A DNA stretch of 63,509 bases, filler included, from Guillardia theta CCMP2712 (lineage: Eukaryota; Protista; Cryptophyta), in NCBI RefSeq assembly GCF_000315625.1. It is 5 parts of 5 records of this genome, joined end to end, with 100 filler letters (N's around TTAATTAATTAA, not from the genome) between each part and the next. Parts side by side here need not be neighbours in the genome. Positions count along the whole stretch, not along the records: positions 1 to 23,824 come from NW_005434598.1; 4 more parts are not named here. The stretch is one strand, 5' to 3'. The notes beneath the pieces were generated by a model, which was given only the letters and a program-made list of their open reading frames with translations, was not told where the DNA came from and searched no databases. Position numbers and translations under genes: made by a program. Below are positions 1 to 13,096 of this stretch, in pieces (within the stretch, counting starts at the first letter, position 1; each line of letters starts with the position of its first letter).

Positions 1-521
1 AGGAGGAGAGGAGGAGAGGAGGAGAGGAGTGGCGGTGGAGAGAGGAGGGAATGAGGAGAGGTAAGATAGAAAGAGGTAGAGACGCTGAGTAAGGGGAGGA
101 ATGGTTAGTTCTAGGGAAGGGGAAAGGCTGAGGGGGTGAGGTAAATCATACGGTCATCGTTGAGATCAGTCGGAAGAGGGACGTGAAGGCAAGGGAAGAG
201 GTGAAGGGATCGGAGGAGAGGGGATTCGGGGAGGAGGGGATAGCACGGGTTCTATTGAAGTGTTAGTAAGCTGAATGCTGGGAAGTCTTTTGACTTTCTT
301 TCAGTTCCCCCGGGACTTTGTCAGCTCATTCCGCATGGTGTCCTAGGCTCGTGCCGTCCGTCAAATTCTGAGTCAGGAACGATCTAGGTGAACAAGAGGA
401 GGAGCAGTGGCGTAGAAGACACGCACGGTACTCTACTTGAGAACAAGGAGAAGGAAGCCTGAGAACAAGTAGGGGGTGGAAAGAAGTGTAGCGTAGATCG
501 ATCAACATCGACAAGTCAGAC

Positions 522-2262
522 ATGGTCAGAGCCTTGATGCTGGCCCTCGTCGGCCTCTTCGTTGGAGCCCGTGGGGATGTTGCTCCGGTCTTCGTCACCT
601 CTCTTCAGTACAATCAAACGTTTCCCCTGGCGCCCGGCCAATTGCTCAACCTCTCTGAAACAGTCAAGATACACGACGCAGACCCAAGTGGAACGCCGCA
701 GGGCTCAATCTCGAGCAGTGCTAACTTGTTGCAGATTAGTTTGTTCTGTCTGACGCAAACTGCTCCGACGACACTCGTTCCTCTCTCCTGCAATTTTGAT
801 GGCTTCAGCATACAGGCAAGCTTGTCCTTCACAGAGGGGCTGACAAACCGTAGCTCTATCGACTTCAGCATGAAGCTGCAGCCTTCCGGGAGCTACGAGA
901 CCTTCCCGTCACCTCTGGTGCATGTGTGCTTGCAGGCGAGGGATGGCCTATCCAAGACAAGCAGCTTCTGTTTCAACGTCTACCTCCTGGTGCCGCCCAA
1001 GCCCATTCTCAACAACTCTCAGTGTGTGCAGCTCTTTAACAGCAGCACCTGGAGCTTCAAACCTTATCAACAGCCCGTTTGCTTGATCGCTCCTCTCAAC
1101 GAGCTCTCTGCCGTTGGCCTTGGGCAGACTTTGGAGCGTAACATATACTTCTCTTGCGCACTGTCTTACGCCTCCGTCAACGTCGCCGTCTTGTCAAACC
1201 CTGGTCTTCCTAACGGTTTCACCATCGCAGGAATGTATGGAGGCCCCAGTGACTCGACCAACCCCACGAGTTCGTCTAACCTGCTGGAGTTCACCTACTT
1301 GCCCGACCGCGCGCTAAAGCACCAGCACTACGTCTTCAGCAGAGCAGTCTCCTTCGCTCCATCGGAAGATCAGGTGGGCCTGAGCTTCAAGTTCTGCTTG
1401 TCTGCCATCTCGTCGTACCTGCTGCCCAACTCTTCTTCTTGGCCTCAGCTCTCTACCGACACGTGCCTGTCGATCTCAGTAGTCCCTCCCTCCTTCGCTC
1501 TTAACTCGACGGATCTCAATCTTTCCGCCGCCTTCTACCACGATGTTCTGGTGGGCTGTGACTATGTCTGGAGCATCACTGTCTACGAGCCAAGTCGTTA
1601 TCAGCAGGGACCTGCGACTCCTTCGCTGCAGACGAACTACACTGCAGCTCTTGTCGGCGACTCGCATGATCTTCTTCCTCCCTCCGCCTTCTTCTCCGAG
1701 GGTCAGCCACTGATGGTGTGCAGCGACAGGCAAGATCGAGTGTGTGCAGACAAGAGTTACCCGATGACGAGGTTCGAGCTGCGATGGACGCCAAGCAGAG
1801 GGCTGGAGGCTCAAACCTTCCAGTCTTGCTTCTGGTTGCAAGAGCGAAAGTTCTCGCGGTTCAATCGCCTTCGGTTCTGTGCCAACTTCCGCGTTTCCAA
1901 GTGCAAGACATGCGTGATGAGAGGGGAGACTCTTCTCGCCCTCGCTCGTCACTACCGCACCACGTGGCTGCAGCTTTGGGGAGCCAACCCGCATCTGCAG
2001 AACCCGCAGAACCTCTCGCAGCTCTCGTTCCTCCATCTCGGCCCTTCGTTCCATGTCAGCAAGGACACCGACGTGACCGTCATCATGCAGGTCGACTCTT
2101 CCTTTCTCTCCATGTCTTGTGACTTCGCTGCAGAGGTTTGGTATGCGGGCTGACGCCTTCAAGCTTGTCAACCCGGAGCTGCAGGCAGCCCTCATCCCTA
2201 AGGATACTCAAGTTTGCGTCCTCACCGCCATGTGCCGCCAGGTGAGAGTCAGAGGCGTGTGA
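522..2262 (+). CDS. Secreted protein with two C-terminal LysM domains
   Basis: N-terminal signal peptide (MVRALMLALVGLFVGARG). LysM-like CVMRGETLLALARHYRTTWLQLWGANPHL. Removing GT-AG intron 2091-2133 gives a second LysM-like repeat (IMQ|RFGMRADAFKLVNPELQAALIPKDTQVCV). 3' end approximate. Confidence 0.75.
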
Positions 2263-2459
2263 GAGTTGGTGACGAGATGAGCAGGAGACGGACAGCTTCT
2301 CAGCGTGAGGGCTTGTACTGTTACATTTCATTCACCTTATATAACCCTCTTCTCTTCCTTTGCAACTTCAACTTCTACTTTACACAACAGAACATCCTCG
2401 TGGTCAGCAGCCATGCCAGACCTCTCCCTCCACTTATCGCTTGTCTGCCGACTGAGTCC

Positions 2460-5297
2460 TGGCACTAAAAAACGTCAGAGATGGACGAAAGGGAGAAAGA
2501 GAGCAGAGGACGGAAAACCTTCTCATCGCAGCTTTCGATTGCCTAGCGAGAAATTCCTTCCATGCAGCCACCTTGACCTCTTCCTCCCTCCCTCCTGCCG
2601 ACGAAGCTTCCACATCCCTCGCATCTCGCATCCCCGCAGCGACTTCCATGGCCGTTCTGGCATTGCATTCGTCCTCGAGGGCGAGCATGGTGGCCTATAG
2701 GTGGTGAGAGGCGGAGGAGCAAGGAGGAGGGAGGCGCCACCTGTAGACACTCCCTCATCGTCGCTTGCGTCTGCTGCGCTGCTGCCTCCTGAGCCTCGAG
2801 AATCTTTTGTGCCAGCGTTGGGTCCACGCAATCCTAGAGGAGTCGAGGTTGTGATGAGAGGGAGAAGGAAGCAGAGGCAGAGGGGACGAAGAGGCACCTT
2901 CAAGACCATCTCAGTCCTCATGGACGCTTTCATCTGCTGGCGAGCAGCACGAGTTGCTTCACGAAGCTGAAAGAAAGTAAGAGAAGGAGGAGGCGACGAG
3001 GACAAGAGAAGTCGAGGGGCGGGAGGAGGGTCAGTCCTATGCTGCTGACCTGGTCCGCAAGAGTCTTGAGTGTCTGCTTCTTGTGTGGGTCTGACGTAAT
3101 TTCCATCCTCATCAGCAGGAGCTGACTTGCTTTCAGCTCCTCCTCCTCCTCCTCCTCCTCCTCCTCTCACCTGCAGCAGTTGATCCTCCAATCGCCTTTC
3201 TCCTCGTCCAGCATCATCCTCACTCGCTCCCACAGAGAGCGAGTCTCGCTGTGCATCATCAACCGGCTCGCCCTCCTCTCCCTCTCCCTCTCTCACCCTC
3301 GCGACGCTTTGGGGATCGGGAGTCATCGCCACTTTCTTGGTCGCTCGCAGAGGGTGAGGAGGTTCGACGCTCGCGCGCTCCTCCAGCTTCACCCGCACGG
3401 CTCCTTCCTTGCGCCACGGGCCTGCAGAGACCTCGCGAGCTTCTCGGGTCAGGCCTGAAGACAGTCAGCAACGCCAAGTGAGGGAGCCTGGCGGTACCGA
3501 GAGAAGGAGGGCGAAGCTGCGATCGTGGAATTGGAATCTCAGCTCGGGGCGAGGGGCAACGAGGATCGGGAGGGTGGGGAGGAGTGGAAAGGCGGACTGA
3601 AGGCGGACGAATGCCTGATTGTTTCCGCGTCTCCAAAACCTCAGCAGGATGTGACGTGCGTTCTGTTGATGCCACGGAAGCCGCAGAGTCTTGCGGCTTA
3701 TCCTCGGCAGCTGCGAGAGGCAGCGAAGTAGCTCGCGCCTGCTGGTTCGCTGCTTCCTCTCTGCGCTTCAAGAGCTTCTCTATCAGTGGCTTCAGCTGGC
3801 GAAGTTCGTCTGCTTCGATGTCCGCTCCCTCGCCGCCGCTGTTGGGCTCGTTGACGAGAGAGCGGAGCTGTGAGAGCACGTGCTCGTCGTCGACGTGGTC
3901 CAGGTCTCCCAGCTTGATTCTCTCGCGGATGTTCCCCGCGTGGAGGAAGATGGGCTCATCCTTGACCTTCTCCTGTGCCTCCTGAGGAGGAGGAGGGATT
4001 CTCACCTCGCTGAATTGAGCATGCAGCCCCGCATGCTCACTGAGGGCCTCGTCGTGACGCTGCTGGAGGTCATCGAGCTGGTCCTTCACTCTTCCTCTCA
4101 CCAGTCGCATCACCAACTGTAGTGCAGCCACCGACATGGCAGCCCCGACCGAGAGCTCACTGAGAGGAGCCAGAGCGCCAGCAGCCGTAACGCCGAGCTT
4201 GGAGCTGACGGCAAGGAGGATGCTCATCAGCCCCCACTGCTTCGCCTTCCGATCATACGACGTGATCTCCCGCTGAGCGTGGGAGCGAGCGACGAGCAGG
4301 TGACTGCGGACGTTGGCGAGCTGAACGGCGAGGTCATGCTGCTCGAGAGCGAAAAGTTTCATGTCCTTACGGTCCACCTGCCGCTCAGCCAGCGAGTCGC
4401 TGATGATGCGATCGAGGGCTGAGCCCGCAGACAAGACGTCACTCTCAGCGCGGTGAAGGTGAAGGAGCGCCTTCCGGAGAGAGCCTCTTCCCTCTCTCTC
4501 CTCCTCGCACGTCGCGCGAATTTTCTTGGTGATCTCGATGAGATCGACAAGCGCAGCCAGTCCGCACAGGGCCTGGGCATTGCCGAGGGCAGAGGAGACG
4601 GCAGGGCCCAACATGAAGCGAGTGAACTGATGCGACAGCTTGTCTTGGCATGTCATAAGGAATCCTTGCAGCGGTGCCAGTGACTTGGACAGGTCGCCAG
4701 CGATCCCACTGAGAAAAGGAGCAGTAGCGTTGGCCACCTGAAGGCGCAGCTGCTCGAGGACGGCGACGCCCTTCTGGAACTCCTCCATGAGCACAGCACC
4801 CTCGTCTGATGCCATGAGCGAAGGGTCGTTGGCAAGCCTGACCCTGACATGTTTGATGCTCTCCGATAGCTTTCGGCCCTCCTCGATAAACTTCTTCTCC
4901 TCCTGCTCCCACAGGTCAACACAACGTCACACCTTCGATTCCTCACTCTCACCTCAGTCAACGAGCTCCAGCTCACCCTCCACGCGTTGACGTCGATCAG
5001 GCTGCTGTCTTTCAGCGCTGCCGCCGCTTCCTTCTTGCTCTCAGCTTGGTCCACGTGCGAGCAGCCGCGGAAGCAGGTCGAGTGCTGCATGTCGCGGAGG
5101 AGCTTGGTGGCGCTACGCATGATGTAGGAGCTCTGCTTCCTCTGCTGCCGCGTGAAGTCAGGCTGCAGCTCCACCTGCCGCCCATCCACTGAGAGGCAAG
5201 GCATAGTGCCATCCCAGAACTCAGGAGAGATCAACGCCTGTGCAGCGGGATGGAAGAGGAGGAAGCTCAGAACGAGGACGTTTCTTCCTCTCATCAT
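2460..5297 (-). CDS. Hypothetical multi-exon protein (signal peptide, coiled-coil and hydrophobic segments)
   Basis: ORF 4653-5297 starts with a signal-like peptide. The long helical ORF 3259-4815 has hydrophobic stretches (WGLMSILLAV...). 3' end uncertain. Confidence 0.5.
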
Positions 5298-5583
5298 CCC
5301 TGGGCAGAGAAAGGGAAGCGGAGGAAGATGATATTCGGCAGAAAGAGTCTGTTGAACGTGCTTCTCTTGCTTCTCCTGGTTATTCTTCCTTGTCCTTCTG
5401 CTCCTTGTACCTCAACGTTTCTTAAAACATCAACACATCGCTGGATGCTGGGAGGCTTGAGACCCAAAGAGTTTCAACATCTGAAAGCAACAGTCATCAT
5501 CTACCTTATGTCAAACCTTTCACTTCTTTTCCAGTCTCAATTCGCTTCACCACAAGTGTCTGCCACTGCCCTATCCCTATCCC

Positions 5584-5730
5584 TGCGTGCCTGCCTGCGT
5601 GCCTGCCTGCGTGCCTGCCTGCCTGCCAGTCAGTCCGATCAGCCAGTCAGTCCGATCAGCCAGCCAGCCAGTGAGTGAGTGAGTGAGTGAGTGAGTGAGT
5701 GAGTGAGTGAGTGAGTCAGTCAGTCTGTCA
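5584..5730. repeat. Compound microsatellite: (CCTG)n-type then (GAGT)n
   Basis: Seen directly; (GAGT)n also occurs at 63358-63400. Confidence 0.9.
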
Positions 5731-6499
5731 GTCTATCTGTCTGCCTGCATGCCTCTTCTGTCTCTGTGAGTTTCGCTACTCCCCTACATTTCCTTCTCTC
5801 ATGGCGCCAACCGGAAGGGCTATGAAACCAGCGGGTGTCCCTCATGACCCACCCCCTCTTACCAACATTCATAGGGAAAAGAGGGGGTGTGAGGGTTTGA
5901 TTGGTGGGTGCTGATTTGAATTCTGAGGGAGAGAGAGGGAGAGAGAGGGGGAGGGAGGGAGGGAGAGGGAGAGGGAGAGGGAGGGAGGGAGGTGAGAGAC
6001 GGACGGACGTAGGCAGGGAATTAAGGCCTTTTCATGAAGGTAGGGAAGAGAAGAGGAACAAGGAGAGGATGAAAGCAAGGGACTGAAGGAGGAAGAAATG
6101 CGTGAATCGGTGAGAAAGGAATGGAGGGAGAGACGGGGAGTGAGGAGCGAGGATGAAATGGGACAAGGCAGCAAGCGCGAGACGAGAGGTCCACCGGGGA
6201 GGGGCAGAGAAGGCATATGAATGTGGAGCAAGCAAGAGAAGGCATATGAATGGAGGAGGGGAAGGGAGTGAGGAAGAGAAAAGAGTGAAGGGGTACGGGA
6301 GAGATGCAAAATGAGGGGGAGGTATAGTGCAACAAAAGGAAACAGAGCAAATTACAGAAAACAGAAGAAATTGAATATGATGGAAGAATGTCATTTCATT
6401 GCAACGAAATGTGACTACTCTGACACAATTCTGAGGAGATCATATTGATGATCAGTAAAACGAGCTCTTCAACACTGTTTCTTTTCATCTTGTAGATGT

Positions 6500-8191
6500 T
6501 CATGTTGGGTATGTCGCAAGTGGCATTTGATTTATTCCGCCCCTCCCCCCCATCTGTCGAATGTCAGACAAGAGCACATGACGGGAAGGAGGATGGATGG
6601 ACCGTAGGATGGAGGAAGCGAATCGTTTGAGCTGTGTGAAGACATTGGCGGAAGCGTCTCGCGCATTCTGACGGAGCCAGGCATGTGACAGTGCCTGCAT
6701 CATTCCACGGTCATACGAGAAGAGCTGGTGAGCATCTGGACTAACAGCCTTAGCGGTCAATCGCTTGGCAGGGTCAACTGTGAGGAGCGCGTTGATGAAG
6801 TCGACCGCTTCACTCGTCAAGTTGGCTGTGGGAAGCTCAGAGACAATCGTGCAGGAGCCGCTCTCACCGTGAGGAGGGTACGTGAAGTTTCCTCGCTTCA
6901 CTGCCAGCAGCCTCTCATGATCGTTCTCGCCGTCGAAAGGAGCCTGCAACGACAAGTTGACTCCTGCCTTCCCCATCCTCAGTCTCTTCACCTGCCCGCA
7001 CAGAATCATGAAGGTGATGACGCCGATGCTCCACATGTCGCATGCGCATCCATAGCCCTGTCCTCCCCTGGCGTCCTTCCCAGCAGCTCAGAGTCTCATA
7101 AATGCCGTCAGCTCCCCCCTTACCAGCGGCGCCTTAGCGCGGAGAACTTCGGGTGCCACGTAATACGGGGAGCCGAGGATGGCATACATCCCGTTGGAGT
7201 TGGAGAACACCTTGCTGAAGCCGAAGTCTATCAACTTGATGTTTGCATCCTCCTCTTCACTCTCCAGCATCAGGTTTTCCTGCCGTCAGCGGGTCATAGG
7301 CACTCCAGGCTTCAAGTGCAGCAGCAGACCAGCTTCAAGTCACGGTGAGCAACGTGTCGCTGATGGCAGTAGTGAATGGCCTCCACTATCCCCTTGATGA
7401 TCCTTGCAACTCGCTTCTCCGAGAGTTCAACCTTACCCAACGGGGAGTAGTAGAACTGGAGCAAAGCACGTCAGCGGTAAGAGTGACTCAGCTTCCAAGA
7501 CCTTCTCGCCATTAGGAAAGATTTCAACCCTCTGCAGGAAATGCCAGAGTTCTCCTCCGGTGCAAAGCTCCATAATCATGAAGAGCTTGCCGTCTTCCTC
7601 GAAGATCTCATACAGCTGGATGATATTCTTGTGGTTCAGAGATCTCAGCACTTGAATTTCTCGTCGCAAACGAACAAGGGTCTGCGGTTGAATTCCAACG
7701 AGGTTGATCGCTTTCACCGCATATTGCATTCCTGTTTCTTTGTGCGTTGCCACACGGACTGTTGAAAACGTTCCTGTTCCTAGAACTCCTTTCTCGTCAA
7801 AATCGACATCATACAAGGAGCTGAGCTTGCTCTTCCGCTTGGCTATGACTACTAAAATGGTTCAGACTTACGAAGTTTGAGGTCACCACTTACTTGGGAC
7901 ATATTGCTGTGCGGAGGCATCATGGTCCACATGGTGCGACTTGCCTATCACCGCTGGTTTCCCTTCGCCTTTCTTGCACTGAGCAACAGCCTCCTCTTCC
8001 GGGTCGCTTTCCTTGGTGACCCCCTCGTCTTGCTTCTCTTTCTCGATCACAGACCTGGCGGCCTGTCACCTCCCTCCTCTTTCAAGGGACCCGCACCTGG
8101 TTCTCATTAGAGGAGCAGCGCCTCCTCTCAACCTGTCTGTCAGAAACGAAGCGTGAACAATAAGCCCACTTCCATGTAGCTTGAACGCCAT
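6500..8191 (-). CDS. Ser/Thr protein kinase, CaMK/CDPK-like (multi-exon)
   Basis: GVLGTGTFSTV, YAVK, MELCTGGEL, HRDLKL|ENLML (split by an intron), IKLIDFG, GSPYYVAPE, CDMWSIGVI, DPAKRLTA. Start uncertain (8191 or 7920). Confidence 0.9.
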
Positions 8192-8573
8192 CGCTGAGGA
8201 CGAGCACGTTCGGCGGTGCCCGCTTTCGAGTTCTGACTGGCACAGAAATGTTGTCTGTGCATAATGGAGCAGAGCAAGGAGGCACACAATCTGTCGGGTT
8301 GATACAGATCCAGACATGGGGAAAGGAGCTTTGGCCATGCAGCAGAGACTTGATTGAGAACGAGAGAGAAACTTTCGAACCTGCTGAGACAGGAATGAAG
8401 CAAGAAGAAAGGCAGTTCAGGACTTCAGCAGGCCACTGCCAGAAATCTGCTGCGCTGAAAGAGAAGCAGAGGCCGAAGGGGAGCGATCACATGCACAACC
8501 TCATCGACCTGGATGGAGGTCACGAAGAGAGGCTCACTATGCGACACTAAGCCGAAGATGGGGAGGAGAAGGA

Positions 8574-8787
8574 AAGGGACGGCAGGCAAGGACCTTGAGG
8601 AGATGCTTGAGAGGGACGGCAGGCAAGGACCTTGAGGAGATGCTTGAGAGGGACGGCAGGCAAGGACCTTGAGGAGATGCTTGAGAGGGACGGCAGGCAA
8701 GGACCTTGAGGAGATGCTTGAGAGGGACGGCAGGCAAGGACCTTGAGGAGATGCTTGAGAGGGACGGCAGGCAAGGACCTTGAGGAG
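8574..8787. repeat. 37-bp minisatellite, ~5.7 copies
   Basis: Unit GAGGGACGGCAGGCAAGGACCTTGAGGAGATGCTTGA; overlapping ORFs show a 37-aa period. Confidence 0.95.
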
Positions 8788-8851
8788 GAGTAGCTGCTGC
8801 TGCAGACAGGTCACCGCGACATTCCTGGAGGCATAGCAATGCCGGGTCAAG

Positions 8852-9141
8852 AAATATATATCTCCATTCTAATTTTATATAAGTTTTTATATACTATTGT
8901 GTAATGGAGCTTTGTACTATTTTGCAATTATAAAAGTACTTAAATCCAGCCATTATTGAAAAATCAAATATTTAAAACTATTTTAATTCAATTTTTGTAT
9001 CATACTGTTGTGTCTCAAACATATGTGTACTGTCTGAATGTTTAGTTACATTTCACATACACTATCATTATAAAGTAGTTTTAAAGCTGCGACTCATTAT
9101 TTGTAGTTAACTAAAACCTTTCCGGGCGGGGACATTAAATA
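8852..9141 (+). mobile_element. AT-rich ~290-bp insertion; candidate non-autonomous Fanzor/IS200-605-like element with structured right end
   Basis: Sharp composition shift from GC-rich flanks. Stem-loops with G.U pairs at 9022-9059 and 9078-9117; GTGTCTC (9010-9016) can pair with GGGACAT (9129-9135). Preceded by TCAAG. Confidence 0.45.
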
Positions 9142-9440
9142 CCGGGAAATGGCCGGTGAAAACGGATTAAAGGAAATGTAGCTACGCGTTCTATGAAGGG
9201 GGAAAGGAGCGGGAAAGGAGCTTCGAGGATGGATGGTGAAGGGGAAGGGAGAGGAGAGGAGCGGAGAAAGGGGGAGGGAGGGAAGAGGATCGGAGGAAGG
9301 GGAAGGGAGGGAAGAGGATCAGAGGAAGGTGAAGGGAGGGAAGAGGAGCGGAGGATGGAGGCAGGGGAATGGTTGAGAGGAGGAATGTAAGTTGAGGGAG
9401 GTGAGGATTGAGTTTGTTGTTCTGCTTTCAGATCAAGGAG

Positions 9441-11650
9441 ATGGTGCAGGTTGCATTAGAAGGAGCCTGGAGGTGATGTGCTGGTGGTGAAGGTCTATCA
9501 TAATCCTTTTGGCTCACCAGATTCTAGAGGCCCTGAACCGATGCATTCCTCGCAGAGGTCAGCAGAGGAGGTGCCAGTTCCGGCTTCGAGTGCGAGTATC
9601 GGACTGAGATGATTGCCCCTGAGCCTCTTCTCATCCTTTCTGCAGGGAAACCCGCATGGATAGAGGAGTATCCCCGTGTGCTGGAGAAGGTACTTCGTGC
9701 CTGTTGCTGCCCTGGTCTCAAGGAGAGAGCAGATGGGGGGGATGATGAAGTCCTGGGCGGACGAGCGCGAGCGTCTCGTGCAGCAGCTGGAGCAGACGCA
9801 AGCATACTGCTCAAGCCTCGCATTCCAGGTGAGCTGAGCATGCCGAGATCACCTTTTGCCTGCTGCCTTGGTTGATGACGAGGGACAACAGGTGAAGAGC
9901 TTGCAAGAGGAAAACCGACAGCTGGTGTCAGCGCTTGCGATCAAGGACCAGGAGAGAGGAAGAGGCTCCCACACTCCCGTGAGACACGAGAGCATGGGCT
10001 CAGAGCGAGTCAGTCAACGTGGGGGGCACTCAGACGAGGAGCATGAGGACGACGACAGCATCAAGATCATGTCTCAGAGCAGTGAAATGAGAGGCCGCTG
10101 GGGCCCTCCGGTAATGCTGGAGCCGAACTTGAAGTTTGGACAGCTGGAGGAGGAAGGGGAGGAGGAGGAGGCGAGTCACGTCTCGGCCATGAGGGATGGA
10201 CCCAACGGAGAGACAGCACCGGCTGAAGGAGAGCAGCCGACTTCCAACCCGAGCGTTTGGGTTGCTGTGTGGAAGAGCCCAAGACAAGGGTGAGAGGAGG
10301 AAGGGAGCTGTGAGATGTCGAGGGGGAGGGAAAAGAAAGCAGGAGGGGAAAGGGAGGGCGAGAAAGGGGTAGGGGGATGGGAGGGGAAGGGGGAGATTCT
10401 TGAGCATGACTGTGCTGCAGGATGCAGATCCATGGCATCGACACGACCGTGTCTAGCCAGGTGGCGACAGTCTGCTGGGACGGCAGCTGCGATGTCTTTG
10501 AGCTGGAGCCGCACGCGAGAGGCTTCATGAGGTCATGGAAGCAACCAGCTCGTCCTTCTTCCGGTCTCTATGCCGTCAGCTTCGGTGACCTTCGTCGCTG
10601 CTTGAAGCTCATTTGACGTGCTGCCAGGGCTGAAAGGGGAGAAGCGCATCCTCGCAACCGCCTGCATGGATTCTCTGTGCCACTTACTGTCCGGAGAGGA
10701 CGGCAGGTTATTGCAGTCGTTGAAGGGACACACGGGAGAGGTGAACTCGCTCAACTTTCAACGAGACGTTTCGGGGGGCCTGACGAACCGGCTTGTCTCC
10801 GGGTCTGACGACATGACCTGTGTGGTCTGGGACGTGGAAAGAGGTTCTCCTTCTCTACTTCCTTCTCTGCTCGTTTCTCTACTTCCTTCTCTGCTCGTTT
10901 TTAACCTCCCCTCATCATGTTTTCATGTTTCCTCCCTCCGCCCTCATGATGCCCTGCCTATCCTATGCTTTGACTCCTTGCCCGCCTGACTTTCTCATCG
11001 CTTCTCCCTGAGCCTGCCACAGGTCTTCCCGTGCAGACGCTGGCAGGGGAGCATGAGGAAGCAGTTTACGGCGTGAAGTTCCACAAGCAGGACGCTTGCT
11101 TGGTCGCCTCCGTCGCCTTCGACCGGATGGGCTTCCTGTGGGACTTGCGGCAGAAGTCAGCGGCGCTTCGTCTGGAGGGGCATCGGGATGACGTCATCGG
11201 CCTTGACTTCTCCCCCTGCGGTAAATTCCTGGCAACAGGCAGCGACGACTCCACGTGCCGCCTGTGGGACCTGAGGCGGACTTTCACGACAGTGGACGAG
11301 CTGCAGCATGCCATGGAAGTGAAGCGCATCGCCTGGTCGCCATGCGGCAGGTGGCTGGCGGCTGGCTCGTCTGACTGCACTGCGTACGTTTGGAACACGG
11401 AGAGAATGCCGTGCACCCTAGAGGGAAAGCTCGAGGGTCACACGGCTCAGGTTGCTCTCTCCTTGATCTCTGGCACATCCTGACACTCCAGCAGATCTTC
11501 GACGTTGCTTGGCTGCCCAGCAGTCTTGGCTGGGCCTCACTAGTGACCGCAAGGTGATCCTCTCCTCCTCCTCCTCCACTTAAGGGTGACCTCTTTGTCA
11601 GTCATGACCATCACTGGATCGCCTGGGGCCCATCGCTCGACGATGTTTAA
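9441..11650 (+). CDS. WD40-repeat protein (multi-exon)
   Basis: GH...WD repeats: LKGHTGEVNSLNF...LVSGSDDMTCVVWD and LEGHRDDVIGLDFSPCGKFLATGSDDSTCRLWD; N-terminal coiled coil. Confidence 0.88.
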
Positions 11651-11747
11651 AAGCGAGAATTTACTACTCCTCCACCACTGTACGAGCTCTCCTCTCGTTT
11701 ACACAATCTACAAGACAACACGGAAAGAAGGAGAGGAACGAGAGTGT

Positions 11748-13096
11748 TCACTTGTCCTTGGCGATGCTGTCGATCTTGTTGAGGATAGCTGAGAGCTGCT
11801 GGTCCGTCGAGGTTTTCAGCTGCCTCAACTTGCTGAGGTAGTTGCTGCCCCAACATCAGCTGCACAGGTCGCGGCTCCTAACTCACCTGTGCTTCGTCTT
11901 GGACGGTCCTTTGATGTGCTTCACCTTATCAGCGAGCGAAGAAATCGCGTCACTGGCACGGGGATGAGCAAGGGCAGGAAGGGCATGTCAGACACAAGAC
12001 CTGGTGGAAGAGGCGAGAGAGACGAGCCCGTTCTTGATCTGCTTCAGCTGAGACTGTCACGATAATGAGTACATCTCTTCCACCCTCTCAGGTTTGTCAC
12101 CGCTGTCTTGGTCTTGTACTCGTCCTCCTCGTTCTCGTATGTTCCCGGAGCGGCCACGTTCATCACCTTGGAAGCGAGCTTCGCTTGCTCGAGCTTTGCC
12201 TGAAGCAGCTTGATTCGCCAGTTGGCGAGGTTCAGAGCATGTTGCGCTGCGTCCTCTGACGCCCACTCAGGCTGCCCCCCGCTGACCACATGGTCTCCTT
12301 GCCACACCGTCGGGGCCTGGAATGTGTTCATCCCTGCCCCGGAATAGTAGGGGGCCCCGTAAGGAGCCCCGTAGTAGGAGGGAAGGTAGACGGAAGGAGC
12401 TGCCATGGCTGCTACTCCACCGCCTGGGACCATGCAAGGACCAGACACAACGACCCTGAGAGGACGTCACAAGTTGCTCGAACTAATGTTCAGACAGAGA
12501 TGTTAAGATGGAGAGAATGAAGAGGATGATCCGAAACAGGATTGAGATGAAAAGGATTCAAGTGGAGTAAGCAGAAACAGATAGCAGGAAAGGCAGCGAC
12601 TTTTATTTGTGTGTGTGGAATTGGTGTTAGCATTAATGAGAATGAATTTGTGGAGGAGATGGTGGTTATAAACATGAAGTTGTGGAGGATTCAAAGAACA
12701 TCAAGATCGCATGTCGCACTTACCCTCCGCATCCAGCAAGGGAAGGAGCTGAGCCAGAGCTCATGGACGGATACCTGAAGAGATCCATCCGACATCAATA
12801 CGAACATGTTGATTTGAAATTGAATGACTCACTGGAAATTTCTTGCAGGCGCACTCGTTGGCGCTCCATAGTAGCTAGGGAAACTAGAGGTAGAAACAGC
12901 CACCTGAAGGCAGATATCACTCATCGATCATCAACGCTTGCGCTTCTCTCGCACAAGAAGAGCATGTCGCACAAGGAAGAAGAGCATCACTCACATCTGA
13001 CAGCACTGTCGCTCTTCGACTTCCTCCTCTCACGGTCAGAAGCCCCAGCATCGCGACGGCCAACGCCGACGCCGCCAGAAACTTTAACCCTACCAT
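11748..13096 (-). CDS. Hypothetical signal-anchored protein with Tyr/Gly/Pro-rich region and coiled coil
   Basis: MVGLKFLAASALAVAMLGLL N-terminus; exon 12044-12448; terminal exon ...LSAILNKIDSIAKDK*. Confidence 0.55.
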
